A DNA stretch of 63,441 nucleotides, the filler included, from Thermodesulfobacteriota bacterium (GTDB taxonomy: Bacteria > DASVDK01), in assembly GCA_036381125.1 (NCBI GenBank). It is 5 parts of 5 records of this genome, joined end to end, with 100 filler letters (N's around TTAATTAATTAA, not from the genome) between each part and the next. Parts side by side here need not be neighbours in the genome. Positions count along the whole stretch, not along the records: positions 1 to 31,914 come from DASVDK010000280.1; 4 more parts are not named here. One strand, 5' to 3'. Both the position numbers and the translations under genes were made by a program. Under the pieces are notes generated by a model. The model worked only from the letters and a program-made list of their open reading frames with translations. It searched no databases and had not been told where the DNA came from. This document shows positions 7,652-18,500 of this stretch, piece after piece. Position 1 is the first letter of the stretch. Each line of letters begins with the position of its first letter.

Positions 7652-8943
7652 CGGACCCGGGGACGGCACCTCGACGCGACGTCGCCGCCGCGCTCGGCCT
7701 CGACGGCTCGTCCCGCCGCCGCTCCCGTCTCGCGCGGTGGGCGGTCCGGGGCGCGGTCGTCGCGGCGCTCGCGATCGCCGTCCTCGCCTGGCTCACGTGG
7801 GACCGGGGCGAGGCGGTGCGATACGAGACCGCCCCGGTGCAGCGAGGCAACCTCACCGTGACGGTCACGGCGACCGGGACCCTCGAGCCGACCAACCAGG
7901 TGGACGTCGGCATCGAGGTGTCCGGCACGATCCGGAGCGTCGAGGTCGACTACAACGATCGGGTGGAGGTCGGTCAGGTCCTGGCGCGACTGGACACCGC
8001 CAGGCTCGAGGCGCAGGTTCAGCAGTCGGAGGCGGCGCTCGCGTCGGCGCGGGCCAGGGTGCTCCAGGCGCAGGCGAGCGTCGAGGAGGCGAAGGCGCGG
8101 TTGTCGCGGCTCGCGCGCGTCCGTGAGCTCAGCGGCGGCCGGGTCCCCTCGCAGGACGAGATGGACTCGGCCAGGGCCAACCTCGCCCGCGCCCGGGCCG
8201 ACGAGGCGAGCGCGAAGGCGGCGGTCGCCCAGGCTCGGGCCACGCTCGACGCCGATCGCACGAACCTCGAGAAGGCCGTCATCCGCTCGCCGATCGACGG
8301 CGTGGTGCTCGCGCGCGCGGTCGAGCCGGGCCAGACGGTCGCCGCCACGTTCCAGGCGCCGGTGCTGTTCGTCCTCGCGGAGGACCTGGCGCAGATGGAG
8401 CTCCACGTCGACGTCGACGAGGCGGACATCGGTCAGGTGCGGGCGGGGCAGGAGGCCACGTTCACCGTCGACGCCTATCCGGACCGCACGTTCCCCGCGC
8501 GGATCACGCGGGTGAACTACGGGTCGGAAACGTCGGAAGGGGTCGTCACCTACCCGGCGGTGCTGGCGGTGGACAACGCCGACCTCACCCTTCGGCCCGG
8601 CATGACGGCGACCGCGACCATCACGGTCGACCACGTCGAGAACGCCCTCCTCGTGCCGAACGCGGCGCTCCGGTTCGCACCCCCCGCGGCGCGGACGGGC
8701 GAGCCGCCGGGCGACGGCGGGTTGATCGGCCGACTCCTGCCGCGGCCGCCCCGCTCGGGCGCGCGGCGGCCGGCCGAACCGGAGGGCGCGGCCGGGCGGC
8801 GCCGCGTCTTCGCGCTCCGCGACGGGCGGCTCGAGGAGATCCCCGTCTCCATCGGCGCGACGGACGGCGTCTCGTCCCAGGTGATTGCCGGCGCGCTCGA
8901 GCCCGGCATGGTCGTGGTCGTCGACGCCGTCGCCGCGGAGTGA
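7648..8943 (+). CDS. Periplasmic adaptor subunit (MacA/HlyD family)
   Basis: VTATGTLEP, VDYNDRVEVGQVLARLD, IRSPIDGVV, LRPGMTATA; ATGA overlap. Confidence 0.92.
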   Translation: MTDPGTAPRRDVAAALGLDGSSRRRSRLARWAVRGAVVAALAIAVLAWLTWDRGEAVRYETAPVQRGNLTVTVTATGTLEPTNQVDVGIEVSGTIRSVEVDYNDRVEVGQVLARLDTARLEAQVQQSEAALASARARVLQAQASVEEAKARLSRLARVRELSGGRVPSQDEMDSARANLARARADEASAKAAVAQARATLDADRTNLEKAVIRSPIDGVVLARAVEPGQTVAATFQAPVLFVLAEDLAQMELHVDVDEADIGQVRAGQEATFTVDAYPDRTFPARITRVNYGSETSEGVVTYPAVLAVDNADLTLRPGMTATATITVDHVENALLVPNAALRFAPPAARTGEPPGDGGLIGRLLPRPPRSGARRPAEPEGAAGRRRVFALRDGRLEEIPVSIGATDGVSSQVIAGALEPGMVVVVDAVAAE

Positions 8944-8946
8944 GGG

Positions 8947-9642
8947 ATGGCGCCCCTGATCCGGCTCCTGGGCGTCACCAAGGTCTACGGGACCGGCGCC
9001 GCCGCGGTCCACGCGCTGCGCGGGGTCGACCTCGACATCGACGAGGGGGAGTTCGTCGCGGTGATGGGGGCGAGCGGGTCGGGCAAGAGCACCTGCCTGA
9101 ACGTCGTCGGCTGCCTCGACACCCCCACCGGCGGGAGCTACCGCTTCGGCGGCGTCGAGGTCGGCTCGCTCACCCGCGACCAGCGCGCGCTCCTGCGGCG
9201 CGAGTTCCTCGGCTTCGTCTTCCAGGGCTTCAACCTGCTCCCCCGCACCTCGGCGCTGGAGAACGTGGAGCTGCCGCTGATCTATCGCCGCCTCCCCGCG
9301 GCCGACCGGCACGGCCTGGCGCGACGGGCGCTCGCGGCGGTCGGGCTCACGGGGTGGGAGGCGCACACGCCGGGCGAGCTGTCCGGCGGCCAGCAGCAGC
9401 GCGTCGCCATCGCCCGCGCCATGGTGACCCGGCCCGCCGTGCTGCTGGCCGACGAGCCGACCGGCAACCTCGACTCGGCGCGCAGCCGGGAGATCATGGA
9501 ACTCTTGACCGGGTTCAACCGCGACGAGGGGATCACGATCGTCATGGTGACCCACGGGCCCGACATGGCCGCGTATGCGAGCCGCATCGTCCGCTTCCGG
9601 GACGGCCTGGTCGAGGCGGACGAGCGGCGGCGGGCGGCCTGA
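8947..9642 (+). CDS. ABC ATP-binding protein (MacB/LolD-like)
   Basis: GASGSGKST, LSGGQQQRVAIARA, LLADEPTGNLD. Confidence 0.95.
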   Translation: MAPLIRLLGVTKVYGTGAAAVHALRGVDLDIDEGEFVAVMGASGSGKSTCLNVVGCLDTPTGGSYRFGGVEVGSLTRDQRALLRREFLGFVFQGFNLLPRTSALENVELPLIYRRLPAADRHGLARRALAAVGLTGWEAHTPGELSGGQQQRVAIARAMVTRPAVLLADEPTGNLDSARSREIMELLTGFNRDEGITIVMVTHGPDMAAYASRIVRFRDGLVEADERRRAA

Positions 9643-10847
9643 TGCTCTGGAGCGCGATCATGCTCGCCCTGCGGGCGATCCGCCGGAGCGCCATGCGGTC
9701 CTTCCTGACCGTGCTCGGCATCGTCATCGGCGTGGCCGCCGTGATCGTCATGGTGACCCTCGGCAGCGGCGCCACCGTCCGGGTCACGGAGCAGGTGGCG
9801 AGCCTCGGCAGCAACCTGCTCATGGTCACCCCCGGCCAGCGGAGAGGCCCGGGCCAGTCCTCCGGCGCGGCGCCGTTCCGGGTGGCGGACGCGGAGGCGA
9901 TCGCGCGGGACGTCCCCGGCGTCGCGGCCGTCGCTCCCGCCGCGAGCCGGTCGGCGACGGCGATCTACGCGAACGAGAACTGGTCCACGCTCGTGACCGG
10001 CAGCACGGAGCAGTACTTCACGGTTCGCAACTGGACCCTCGAGGAGGGTCGGAGCTTCACGCCGGGCGAGGCGCGGACCGGCGCCTCGGTCTGCGTCCTC
10101 GGCGCGACGGTGCGCGCCCGGCTCTTCGGCGCCGAGAACCCGGTCGGCAGCCGGGTCCGGGTCGGCACGCTCTCGTGCGAGGTGATCGGCCTCCTCGAGG
10201 CCAAGGGCCAGTCGACGATGGGCACCGACCAGGACGACCTGGTCGTCGTCCCCCTGCGCACGTTCCAGCGGCGCATCGCCGGCAACGAGGACGTCAACAT
10301 CATCCAGGTCTCGGTCAGGGAGGGGGTCTCGACCGAGCGTGTCCAGGGGGACATCGAGCGGCTCTTGCGGGCGCGCCGCCACATCTCGGCCGGCGAGGAG
10401 GACGACTTCAGCGTGCTGGACATGCGGGAGATCGCCAGCATGCTGTCGGGGACCACGCAGGTGCTGACCGCCCTGCTGGGGGCCGTCGCCGCGGTGAGCC
10501 TCCTGGTCGGCGGCATCGGCATCATGAACATCATGCTCGTGTCGGTGACCGAGCGGACGCGCGAGATCGGCATCCGGCTCGCCGTCGGCGCCCTCGAGCG
10601 CGACGTCCTCCTGCAGTTCCTCGTCGAGGCGGTGACGCTCTCCTCCCTCGGCGGCCTGATCGGCATCACCCTCGCCCTCGCCGCCTCGGTCGCCCTGAGC
10701 GGCGCGCTCGGCGTCCCCTTCGTCTTCGATCCGGGCATCGTGACGATCGCCTTCCTCTTCTCGGCGGCCGTCGGCGTGGTCTTCGGCTACTTCCCGGCCC
10801 GGAAGGCCGCGCGCCTCGACCCCATCGAGGCGCTGCGCCACGAGTAG
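9642..10847 (+). CDS. ABC permease (MacB/FtsX family)
   Basis: RSFLTVLGIVIGVAAVI, GGIGIMNIMLVSVTERTREIGIR, LDPIEALRHE. Confidence 0.95.
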   Translation: MLWSAIMLALRAIRRSAMRSFLTVLGIVIGVAAVIVMVTLGSGATVRVTEQVASLGSNLLMVTPGQRRGPGQSSGAAPFRVADAEAIARDVPGVAAVAPAASRSATAIYANENWSTLVTGSTEQYFTVRNWTLEEGRSFTPGEARTGASVCVLGATVRARLFGAENPVGSRVRVGTLSCEVIGLLEAKGQSTMGTDQDDLVVVPLRTFQRRIAGNEDVNIIQVSVREGVSTERVQGDIERLLRARRHISAGEEDDFSVLDMREIASMLSGTTQVLTALLGAVAAVSLLVGGIGIMNIMLVSVTERTREIGIRLAVGALERDVLLQFLVEAVTLSSLGGLIGITLALAASVALSGALGVPFVFDPGIVTIAFLFSAAVGVVFGYFPARKAARLDPIEALRHE

Positions 10848-10855
10848 CGGGCGCC

Positions 10856-12055
10856 TCAGGAGGCCGGCACGATCCTGTAGACGGTCCCGCCCGAGGAGAG
10901 GACGTAGAGTTCGCCAGAGGCGTCCTCGCCGAAGCTCGGGACGCGGCCGCCCGGAGCGAGGGTCGGCCAGACGTGCGGATCGGCGGCCCTCCCGCCGGCG
11001 TACCGGAAGCTCCTGACCCAGCCGGCGCAGTAGTCGGCGTAGAAGTAGGTGCCTTCCAGGTCGGGGATCGCGGAGCCCCGGTAGACGTAGCCTCCCGTCA
11101 CGGAGCAGGCCCCGTCCCGATGCGTCGCGTACTCGAGGACGGGGAGCGTGTAGCCGCGGCCGCGGCACCCGGCCGAGCGGCGGCAGAGCGTCCCTTCCAT
11201 CGCCGCCCAGCCGTAGTTCAGACCGGCCGCGGTGCCGGGGGCGACATCGATCTCCTCGCGCGCCCCCTGGCCGACGTCCCCGATGTAGAGGTCGCCGGTT
11301 GCGCGGTCGAAGCTGAACCGCCAGGGGTTGCGCAGGCCGATGGCCCAGATCTCCGGCTGCGCGTCGGCCCGCCCCACGAACGGGTTGTCCGGCGGCACGG
11401 CGTACGGCGTCCCGCGTTCGGGGTCGGCCCGGTCGACGTCGATCCGGAGCATGGCGCCGAGAAGAGTCGCGGGGTTCTGACCGTGGCCATGGGGGTCATC
11501 GCCGCTGCCGCCGTCGCCGAGGCCGATATAGAGGTAGCCGTCCGGCCCGAAGGCAAGGTGGCCGCCGTTGTGGTTGCCGTAGGGCTGGTCCACCGTGAGG
11601 ATCGGGGTCCGGCTCGCCGGATCGGCCTCGTTGGGGCGATCGGCGAAGGCCTCGTACCGGACGACCTGGGTATCCCCCTCGGCGTCCGTGTAGTTGACGA
11701 AGAAGCGGCGGTTCTCCGCGTACTTCGGATGGAAGGCCAGGCCGAGGAGCCCCTGCTCGCCGCCCCTGGAGACCAGGGCCGAGACGTCGAGGAACGGCGT
11801 CGGCAGCAGGCGCCCGTTCTCGACGATCCGGATCGTGCCGCCCTTCTCGACGATGAACAGGCGGCTCGCATCCTCGGGCGGCGCCGTGAGGAGCACCGGG
11901 AAGTCCAGGCCGGAGGCGACCGCCTCGAGCCGGACCGGCACGTCCCCGGGCGTCCCGGGGGCGCCGGGGCCGCTGGCGTCGCTGCCGTCGCCGCCGCAGG
12001 CGAAGGTGACGAGGAGGATCGAGGTCGGCAGGAGGCGTCGCCGGGCGCCCATCAT
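10856..12055 (-). CDS. PQQ-dependent glucose/sorbosone dehydrogenase family lipoprotein
   Basis: GEQGLLGLAFHP, NHNGGHLAFGPDGYLY, GLRNPWRFSFD; N-terminal lipobox-like FACG. Confidence 0.9.
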   Translation of the reverse strand: MMGARRRLLPTSILLVTFACGGDGSDASGPGAPGTPGDVPVRLEAVASGLDFPVLLTAPPEDASRLFIVEKGGTIRIVENGRLLPTPFLDVSALVSRGGEQGLLGLAFHPKYAENRRFFVNYTDAEGDTQVVRYEAFADRPNEADPASRTPILTVDQPYGNHNGGHLAFGPDGYLYIGLGDGGSGDDPHGHGQNPATLLGAMLRIDVDRADPERGTPYAVPPDNPFVGRADAQPEIWAIGLRNPWRFSFDRATGDLYIGDVGQGAREEIDVAPGTAAGLNYGWAAMEGTLCRRSAGCRGRGYTLPVLEYATHRDGACSVTGGYVYRGSAIPDLEGTYFYADYCAGWVRSFRYAGGRAADPHVWPTLAPGGRVPSFGEDASGELYVLSSGGTVYRIVPAS

Positions 12056-12468
12056 CACTCCCCCATCGCCTTGATGACGACACGCTTCGGCCGCCGCCCG
12101 TCGAACTCGGCGTAGTAGATCTGCTGCCACGGCCCGAGGTCGAGCGCGCCCTTCGTGATCGGCACGATCACCTCGTGGTGGACGAGCAGCGACTTCAGGT
12201 GGGCGTCGCCGTTGGTCTCGCCGGTTCGATGGTGCCGGTAGTCCTCGCGGAAGGGTGCCAGGCGCTCGAGCCACTCGTCGATGTCGGCGATCAGGCCCTC
12301 CTCGGCGTCGTTCACGTAGACGCCGGCCGTGATGTGCATGGCCGACACGAGGACCAGCCCCTCGGCGATGCCGCTCGCCCGGACGACCTCGGCAACGCGG
12401 TCCGTGATGTTGATGTACTCCCGGCGGGACCTGGTCTCGAACGTGAGGTACTCGGTGCGGGTCTTCAC
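12055..12468 (-). CDS. yjbQ: YjbQ family (UPF0047) protein
   Basis: [32 protein letters not shown]. Confidence 0.92.
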   Translation of the reverse strand: MKTRTEYLTFETRSRREYINITDRVAEVVRASGIAEGLVLVSAMHITAGVYVNDAEEGLIADIDEWLERLAPFREDYRHHRTGETNGDAHLKSLLVHHEVIVPITKGALDLGPWQQIYYAEFDGRRPKRVVIKAMGE

Positions 12469-12510
12469 GGCGGCCTCCTCGGGGGCGCGGTGGGGGTGCC
12501 GCTGGGACGG

Positions 12511-12540
12511 TTGACGCTCCCCGAGGGACCAGGGTATACT
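12511..12540 (+). promoter_or_regulatory. Sigma70 promoter of tRNA-Thr
   Basis: TTGACG-N18-TATACT. Confidence 0.65.
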
Positions 12541-12571
12541 CTGCGGTCTCGTCTGACCAGCCTACCGGCGA

Positions 12572-12646
12572 GCCGAGCTAGCTCAGTGGTAGAGCAGCCG
12601 ATTCGTAATCGGCAGGTCGTGGGTTCAAATCCCACGCTCGGCTCCA
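12572..12646 (+). tRNA. tRNA-Thr (anticodon CGT)
   Basis: Acceptor stem GCCGAGC/GCTCGGC, anticodon arm GCCGA-TTCGTAA-TCGGC, GTTCAAATC T-loop, encoded CCA. Confidence 0.97.
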
Positions 12647-12859
12647 CGAACTCCGCGGACGTCCCGACCTCGTCCTGCGACCCGAACGCGATTGGTGCCG
12701 AACTGGCACCGCGGTGCCGCGGGCGCACCCTCGTCGAGCACGTCCATCGCGCGCCGAGAGCCGCAGGGCGTTTCGATCGGCAGAGGCTCGGGTTCGGAAA
12801 CGAGAGCCTCGACCTCGAGCAGGTCCGGACCGGCGAGCCAGCCCTTTCGCTCAGCCGAT

Positions 12860-14032
12860 TCAGAAGGCAACCACCGGAAAGTCCGGCGGCACTCCAAGAT
12901 ACACTTGCCCGAAGGTTCCATACCGCGCCTCGGAGGCGAAGACGTGATGTCTCATGGTCTGGACGTCCCGAAAGCACCGTTCCAACGGGCTGGTGGCTCG
13001 AAACGCGGTCGTTCCCGCGATGCCACACGCGAGATCCACTGCCTGTACCGCGCTGCTCATCGCGTGGGTCATGGCAAGCAACAGGTCCGCTCTCTGCTTC
13101 AGCGAGTGGGTCCCACCGTCGAGGCATCTCTGCCACGCTTCGCTCACCGTGTCGAACAGCAGTAACCGACCTGAACGCAGGACCGCTTCCGCCTTCCCCA
13201 ACTGGACCTGTGCCGACGAGCGTTCTCTCAAGAGGCTCCTCGAAGCCACCGGAGCCTTGGTCGCCGCGAGCTCGGTCACCTCGTCGAGAGCCCTGCGCGC
13301 AACCCCCAGCATCGGCGTCGGGATGCCGGTCGCAGCAACGCCCACGAGCGGGAGTCGATACAGCGGCCCCCGATAGTGGGCCCCCGGCTCGAATTCCGGC
13401 ACCATCGGAAACGTCCGCGATCTGGGCACGTACACGTCGATCACCGATATGTCGTGGCTGCCCGTGCCTCGCATCCCCATGACATGCCAGGTGTCGAGTA
13501 TCTGGCAACTCTCTCTGGGGAAATAGACCATCACCGTCTCCGGCTCGCCTTCGGACTGCCGGTCAGCGTCCACCAGGGCGGTCGACGAGATCCAGTCGGC
13601 GTCATGGCAATTGCTGACGAACGGCGCTCGACCGGAGATCCGGTATCCGCCGTCGGCCGACGTGGCGTTCAGTGGGCGGCCGAACTGGGCGGCGATCAGA
13701 ATGTCCGCGCCACGGCTGTAGATCTCTTCTGCTCCCTCGTCGGGGAGACGTGCACACAGACAAGCCCAGTCCAGAGGGTTCTCCAGGGTCCAGCCGGCGG
13801 CAGAGTCGTGACGGCTGATCTCTTCGACGACGAGTGCGCGGGTGACGGGGTCCGTCTCCAGTCCTCCGAGAGACCGGGGGGTCGACATTCGCAGGAGACC
13901 GGTCTCGCGCAAGGCATTCAGGACTGGCCGGGACAGGCGCCGTTCCCGCTCGGCTTCCGGGTTGTGTTTCCGGATGATTGGCGCGATGTCCCGCGCCGCG
14001 TCGACGAGCGATGTGTCTGCTTCCCGATGCAT
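12860..14032 (-). CDS. Acyl-CoA dehydrogenase-fold flavin-dependent monooxygenase (HsaA-like)
   Basis: AERERRL, DTWHVMGMRGTGSHD, LERCFRDV. Confidence 0.85.
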   Translation of the reverse strand: MHREADTSLVDAARDIAPIIRKHNPEAERERRLSRPVLNALRETGLLRMSTPRSLGGLETDPVTRALVVEEISRHDSAAGWTLENPLDWACLCARLPDEGAEEIYSRGADILIAAQFGRPLNATSADGGYRISGRAPFVSNCHDADWISSTALVDADRQSEGEPETVMVYFPRESCQILDTWHVMGMRGTGSHDISVIDVYVPRSRTFPMVPEFEPGAHYRGPLYRLPLVGVAATGIPTPMLGVARRALDEVTELAATKAPVASRSLLRERSSAQVQLGKAEAVLRSGRLLLFDTVSEAWQRCLDGGTHSLKQRADLLLAMTHAMSSAVQAVDLACGIAGTTAFRATSPLERCFRDVQTMRHHVFASEARYGTFGQVYLGVPPDFPVVAF

Positions 14033-14116
14033 GGCCTTCTCCTGCGCCGGGCCCTTGTTCGAGGGTTCCCACCGGCAAGCGCTCTGCGCGCCCTCGAGAA
14101 TCGAGGAACTCGGAGA

Positions 14117-15505
14117 TCATGTTCGGCTCCGCTTCGCCGGAGCGATGTTCTGGTTGATGCGGAAGAGGTTGTCCGGGTCATAGGCCGCCTTCACGGCCGC
14201 GAGCCGCTCGTAGTTGACGCCGTAGTTTGCGGCCGCCCGGTGATCGTCGTCGCCGGACATGAAGTTGACGTAGCCACCGTCGCTGCCCGAGTGAGGATGA
14301 ATGGCTGCGTAGTAGTCCTTCACCCACCTGATGTTGACCTCGTTGTCCGCAGGGTCGGACCAGATTCCCGCAATCACCGAGGCGAAGTTCTTGTCTCGGT
14401 GTCCGAAGGCGGTCTCGTCGGCGCCGACGCGCCGAGCCGCACCGTTGATCGGATGGAGGTGCATGGACGAGCTCACGTGCGGCGTCTTCCGGCCATGCGT
14501 GACGTGAGCGGCGATCGCCTCGTCCGTGAGCCTGGTGAGGAAGTCTGCTTTCCAGTAGTGTTGCATGCCCTTCGGGACGAGTCCGTCGAAGGCGCTGTTG
14601 AGGGCCGGGAACGGCACGACCTTGACGTTCTCCGCTTTCACTTCGGCAACGTCGCGGAGGGGCCGGAGTATCGTGTCGGCCTCCTCGTGTGGGCCGTTCC
14701 AGCAGGTGACCAGTACACAGAACAGATCCCCGACGCGGTCCTCGGGGACGAACGGCACGGGCGGAGCTATCTGCCAGCCGAAGAAGCATCCGAGCTGCTC
14801 GGGCGCATCGGCGATGAACTCGCGGTAGCACTCCAGGACCGCGGCGGCGTCGTCGAACTCGTAGAACAACGGGCCGCCCACGATGTCGCCGACCTCGTGC
14901 AGCCGAAACTCGAAGCTGGTGACGACGCCGAAGTTCCCGCCGCCGCCGCGCAAGGCCCAGAACAGGTCTTCGTGCTGGTAATCGCTTGCCGTGACCTGCC
15001 GGCCATCGGCGAGTACGACGTCGGCCGACAGCAGGTTGTCGATGGACAGCCCGACGCCGCGCGTCAGGTAGCCGATGCCGCCACCCAGCGTCAGGCCGCC
15101 CACCCCGGTCGTCGAGATGATCCCGCCGGGCGCGGCCAGGCCGAACGGGTAGGTCGCATGGTCGACATCACCCCACGTTGCACCGCCCCCGACCCGGACG
15201 GCCTTCTTGACCGGGTCGACCCGCACGTTCCTCATCGGCGACAGGTCGATGACCAGACCATCGTCCACCGTGCCGAATCCGGGAACGCTGTGGCCGCCGC
15301 CGCGAATCGCCAGGGCGAATCCGCCGTCGCGGCCGGCCGCGACCGCGGCCATCACGTCGGCCGAATCCATGCACTGGATGACGGCGCGGGGCCTGCGGTC
15401 GTGCATGCCGTTGTAGACGGCGCGAGCGCCGTCGTAGTCGGGATCCGACGGGGTGATGACGCGACCCCGCACCGCCTCGGTCATGGCTTTGATCGTGTCG
15501 CGCAT
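14117..15505 (-). CDS. FAD-binding oxidoreductase (BBE/6-HDNO-like)
   Basis: RGGGHSVPG, TTGVGGLTLGGGIG, DLFWALRGGGGNFGVVT, YDPDNLFRINQNI. Confidence 0.93.
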   Translation of the reverse strand: MRDTIKAMTEAVRGRVITPSDPDYDGARAVYNGMHDRRPRAVIQCMDSADVMAAVAAGRDGGFALAIRGGGHSVPGFGTVDDGLVIDLSPMRNVRVDPVKKAVRVGGGATWGDVDHATYPFGLAAPGGIISTTGVGGLTLGGGIGYLTRGVGLSIDNLLSADVVLADGRQVTASDYQHEDLFWALRGGGGNFGVVTSFEFRLHEVGDIVGGPLFYEFDDAAAVLECYREFIADAPEQLGCFFGWQIAPPVPFVPEDRVGDLFCVLVTCWNGPHEEADTILRPLRDVAEVKAENVKVVPFPALNSAFDGLVPKGMQHYWKADFLTRLTDEAIAAHVTHGRKTPHVSSSMHLHPINGAARRVGADETAFGHRDKNFASVIAGIWSDPADNEVNIRWVKDYYAAIHPHSGSDGGYVNFMSGDDDHRAAANYGVNYERLAAVKAAYDPDNLFRINQNIAPAKRSRT

Positions 15506-15568
15506 GGTGCGCTCCTCCGCCTGGTTTCCCCGAGGATACGCACCCTGGCGTTCCCGAAGCGTTCCCTC

Positions 15569-18500
15569 TCAACGGGACTCGTTCAGCAGGCGAGTTGCAG
15601 CTCGGAACGCCGGGAGATCATGACCCGACGGAATGGTCTCGACGAGACGCCCGAGTTGCTCGCGTACTGTCCGATCCGGAAATCGACTGGCCAGCGAATG
15701 GAGCGCCCGAAGCCCCAACCACTCCGCCCCCTGGGCGCCGGCGGTCTCGACGGCGCGACGTAGTGAAGCGGCGGCGGCTTCGGTTTCTCCGCCGCGATGA
15801 GCCAGCTCACCATCGACGCGCCACAGCTCGGCCTCGAGATAACGCTGGTTGTGGCCGTGCGACCACGAGAGCCCCTCGCGGGCGGCGGCTCGTCCCTGGT
15901 GGCACTCGCCGGCCATGGCACGAGCCCGGGCGAGAAGAAGGAGTGTGTAGGTGAGGTGGAGGGTCTCGTCATCGGTACGCGAGCGCTCCACTGACCGCAG
16001 GATCTTCTCGATGCCTCCAGGCGATCCCTCGCAGACGTCCAGCCATCCCCGAAGGGCCTCTGCAACGATCATGAGGTAGGGCATCGGAAGACGCTCCCAC
16101 AGACGCTCGGCGTGCCCGACGAGCTCGGCGAGGCGGGCGAGGTCTTCGGACTCGGCCGCGATGATCGCCGCGTACGTGACGACGTACCACAGCGTCATGA
16201 GATGATCGAGATCAACGGCCAACTCGAGAGCCGATCGAGCTGCCTCGCCGGCCCGGCCGGCATCTCCGCTCCAGAGCTCGACCCAGGCCAGCCGTACGAG
16301 GCATACCGCCTTCGGGTCCTGGGCGTACAACGCCAGGTGCTGGTCGCGATGGGACACGTCATAGGCGTCGATGGCGCCAGCCAGATAGTGCCGGGCCATG
16401 GCCAGATCGCCCCGCCAGAAGGCGCTCACGCCGAGGAGGTATCGGCCCTCCGTCCCGGCGATCGGGTCGTGGCTCTCGTGATCGAGGAGGGCCTGGCCGA
16501 GTTCACGGCAATCGTCGAAGCGGCAGCCCTGCAGCCGGGCGAGGCCGAGACCGCGGAGAATCGGTGGATCCACGGGTCGGTTGAGCTTGCGGCAGAGCGA
16601 AAGGGCTCGTTCGTAGAGATGGTGCGCACCCTTCGAGCCGTAGCCCTCGAGGGCCACGAGGGGTGATCCGAGGGCGATCCGGATGTCCAGCTCGAGCGCA
16701 TCGCGGTCGGCCGACGTTGGCACCTCCGCGAGCAGCGAGAGCGCTCTCCGAAACATGGTCACGGCTTCATCGAGGGCCGACACCGCCACCGCTCTGGCGC
16801 CTGCCACGCGGTAGGCGTCGATGGCCGGCTCGACCATACCGGCCTGGTCGTAGTGTGCGGCCAGTTGCGGGGCGGCCGCGTCGATGTCGTGGTGGAACTC
16901 GATCGCGATCGCCTCGGCGACGGCGCGGTGGAGTCGACGTCGACGAGCCGGACTCACCATCTCCAGGGCGACCGCCCGAAGCTTGTCGTGACTGAAGTCG
17001 TACGTGAGCCGCTGATCGCGAATGATCCGCCGCCGCCAGAGTTCGTCGACATGATCGACGAGCTCGTGCTCACCGAGCCCGGTGGCCGAGGCCATCAGAC
17101 CGACCGAGAAGGGCCGACCGATGACCGCCGCGACCTCGGCCAGTCGCCGGGCGCCCTCGGGTAGTCGGCTCAATCGGGCGTGCAACACCGCCCGCATCGT
17201 CGGCGTGAGCACGGCCTGACTGCGATCAGAGGAGATCCCGGCTCGAAGCACTTCGATGACGAAGAGCGGGTTGCCTCTGGTCTCGCCCCAGAGTCGTGCC
17301 GCCGGTTCCGGATCAATCGTGTCGGTCGAGCGTATCCGAGCGGCGAGCATCGCCGTGGTGGCTTCGTCGAGCGGGTCGAGGGGGACGATGCTCACTGCCC
17401 GGTCGTGGCCGAGAGCATCGATGAGCTTGCCAAGGGGGTGCTGTTCCGGGAGCTCCTCCGAGCGGACAGTACAGACGAAGAGGACCGGCGCCGTCCGTTC
17501 GGAACGGACAACGAAACCGATCAACTCGATGGTCTCGGCGTCGCACCACTGCAGGTCGTCGATGATCAGCAAACGCGGACGGTCGGCGACGACGATGGCC
17601 CGGCTCACGGCGTCGAACAACCGCTGGCGCTGAGCCAGGTCGCCAGTCCGGCTCCGTCCAGACGGCGGGGACGCGTCGAGGAGTTCGGGCAGGAGGCGGG
17701 CGAGCTCGGTCCTCCAGGCCGTGTCGAGCGTGTCGATGTGGCTCCGGAGCGCCTTCGATCGGAGGAGGTCGACCACGGGACCCCAGGGCAGTCTGCCCGC
17801 AGCCTCGTACGCACGAGCCGAAGCCACCACGTGCCCCTCTGCTCGAACCCGGCGGCCGAGCTCGTGTGCGAGACGGGTCTTTCCGATCCCAGGCTCGCCG
17901 GTGACCAGCACGAGATGTGCCCCACGCTTCCGCACCGTGTTCCATGCCTCGGCAAGCTGGTTCAACTCGAGGCCGCGGCCCACGAACGGCGATTCGGCGA
18001 GGGGCGCCGGGTCCTCGCCCTGCACGTCGCCCTGTACGTCGTCGTGGCCGAGTGAGCCGGCCCGTAGCCGCTCGTACACGGCCACGATGGCCTCGCCGGG
18101 TGCCGCCGCAAGCTCGCGCTCGAGCACCTCGGCGAACCGGTGGTACGCGCGTAGCGCCGCGGCTCTGTTGCCGAGCGCGAGATGTGCTTCCATCTGAACG
18201 CGAACGGCCGCCTCGTCGGCAGGCTCGAGGTCGATGGTGCGTTGGGCGTACCTGATCGCGGCTTCGTGGTCGCCTCGGCCCGCAGCCTCCCGTGCCAGCC
18301 GCGTGAACGCCCCGTACGCCTCGGCTCGAAGCTTCGTTCGCGCGTCCAGGACCCAGGCGTCATAACAGGCTGGAAGGAAATCGCCCGAGTAGAGGCGCGC
18401 GGCGCGGTCGACATCACCGGCCGCCAGGGCATCTCGGAACCTCAGCACGTCGACGTCGGCTGGCCCGGTCGGAATCCACCGCACGATGTCGTCGTCGATC

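Noticed and set aside
12055-12468. yjbQ as part of the thiamine locus
   Set aside because: About 7 kb away, opposite strand, coupled to the PQQ dehydrogenase gene, no riboswitch
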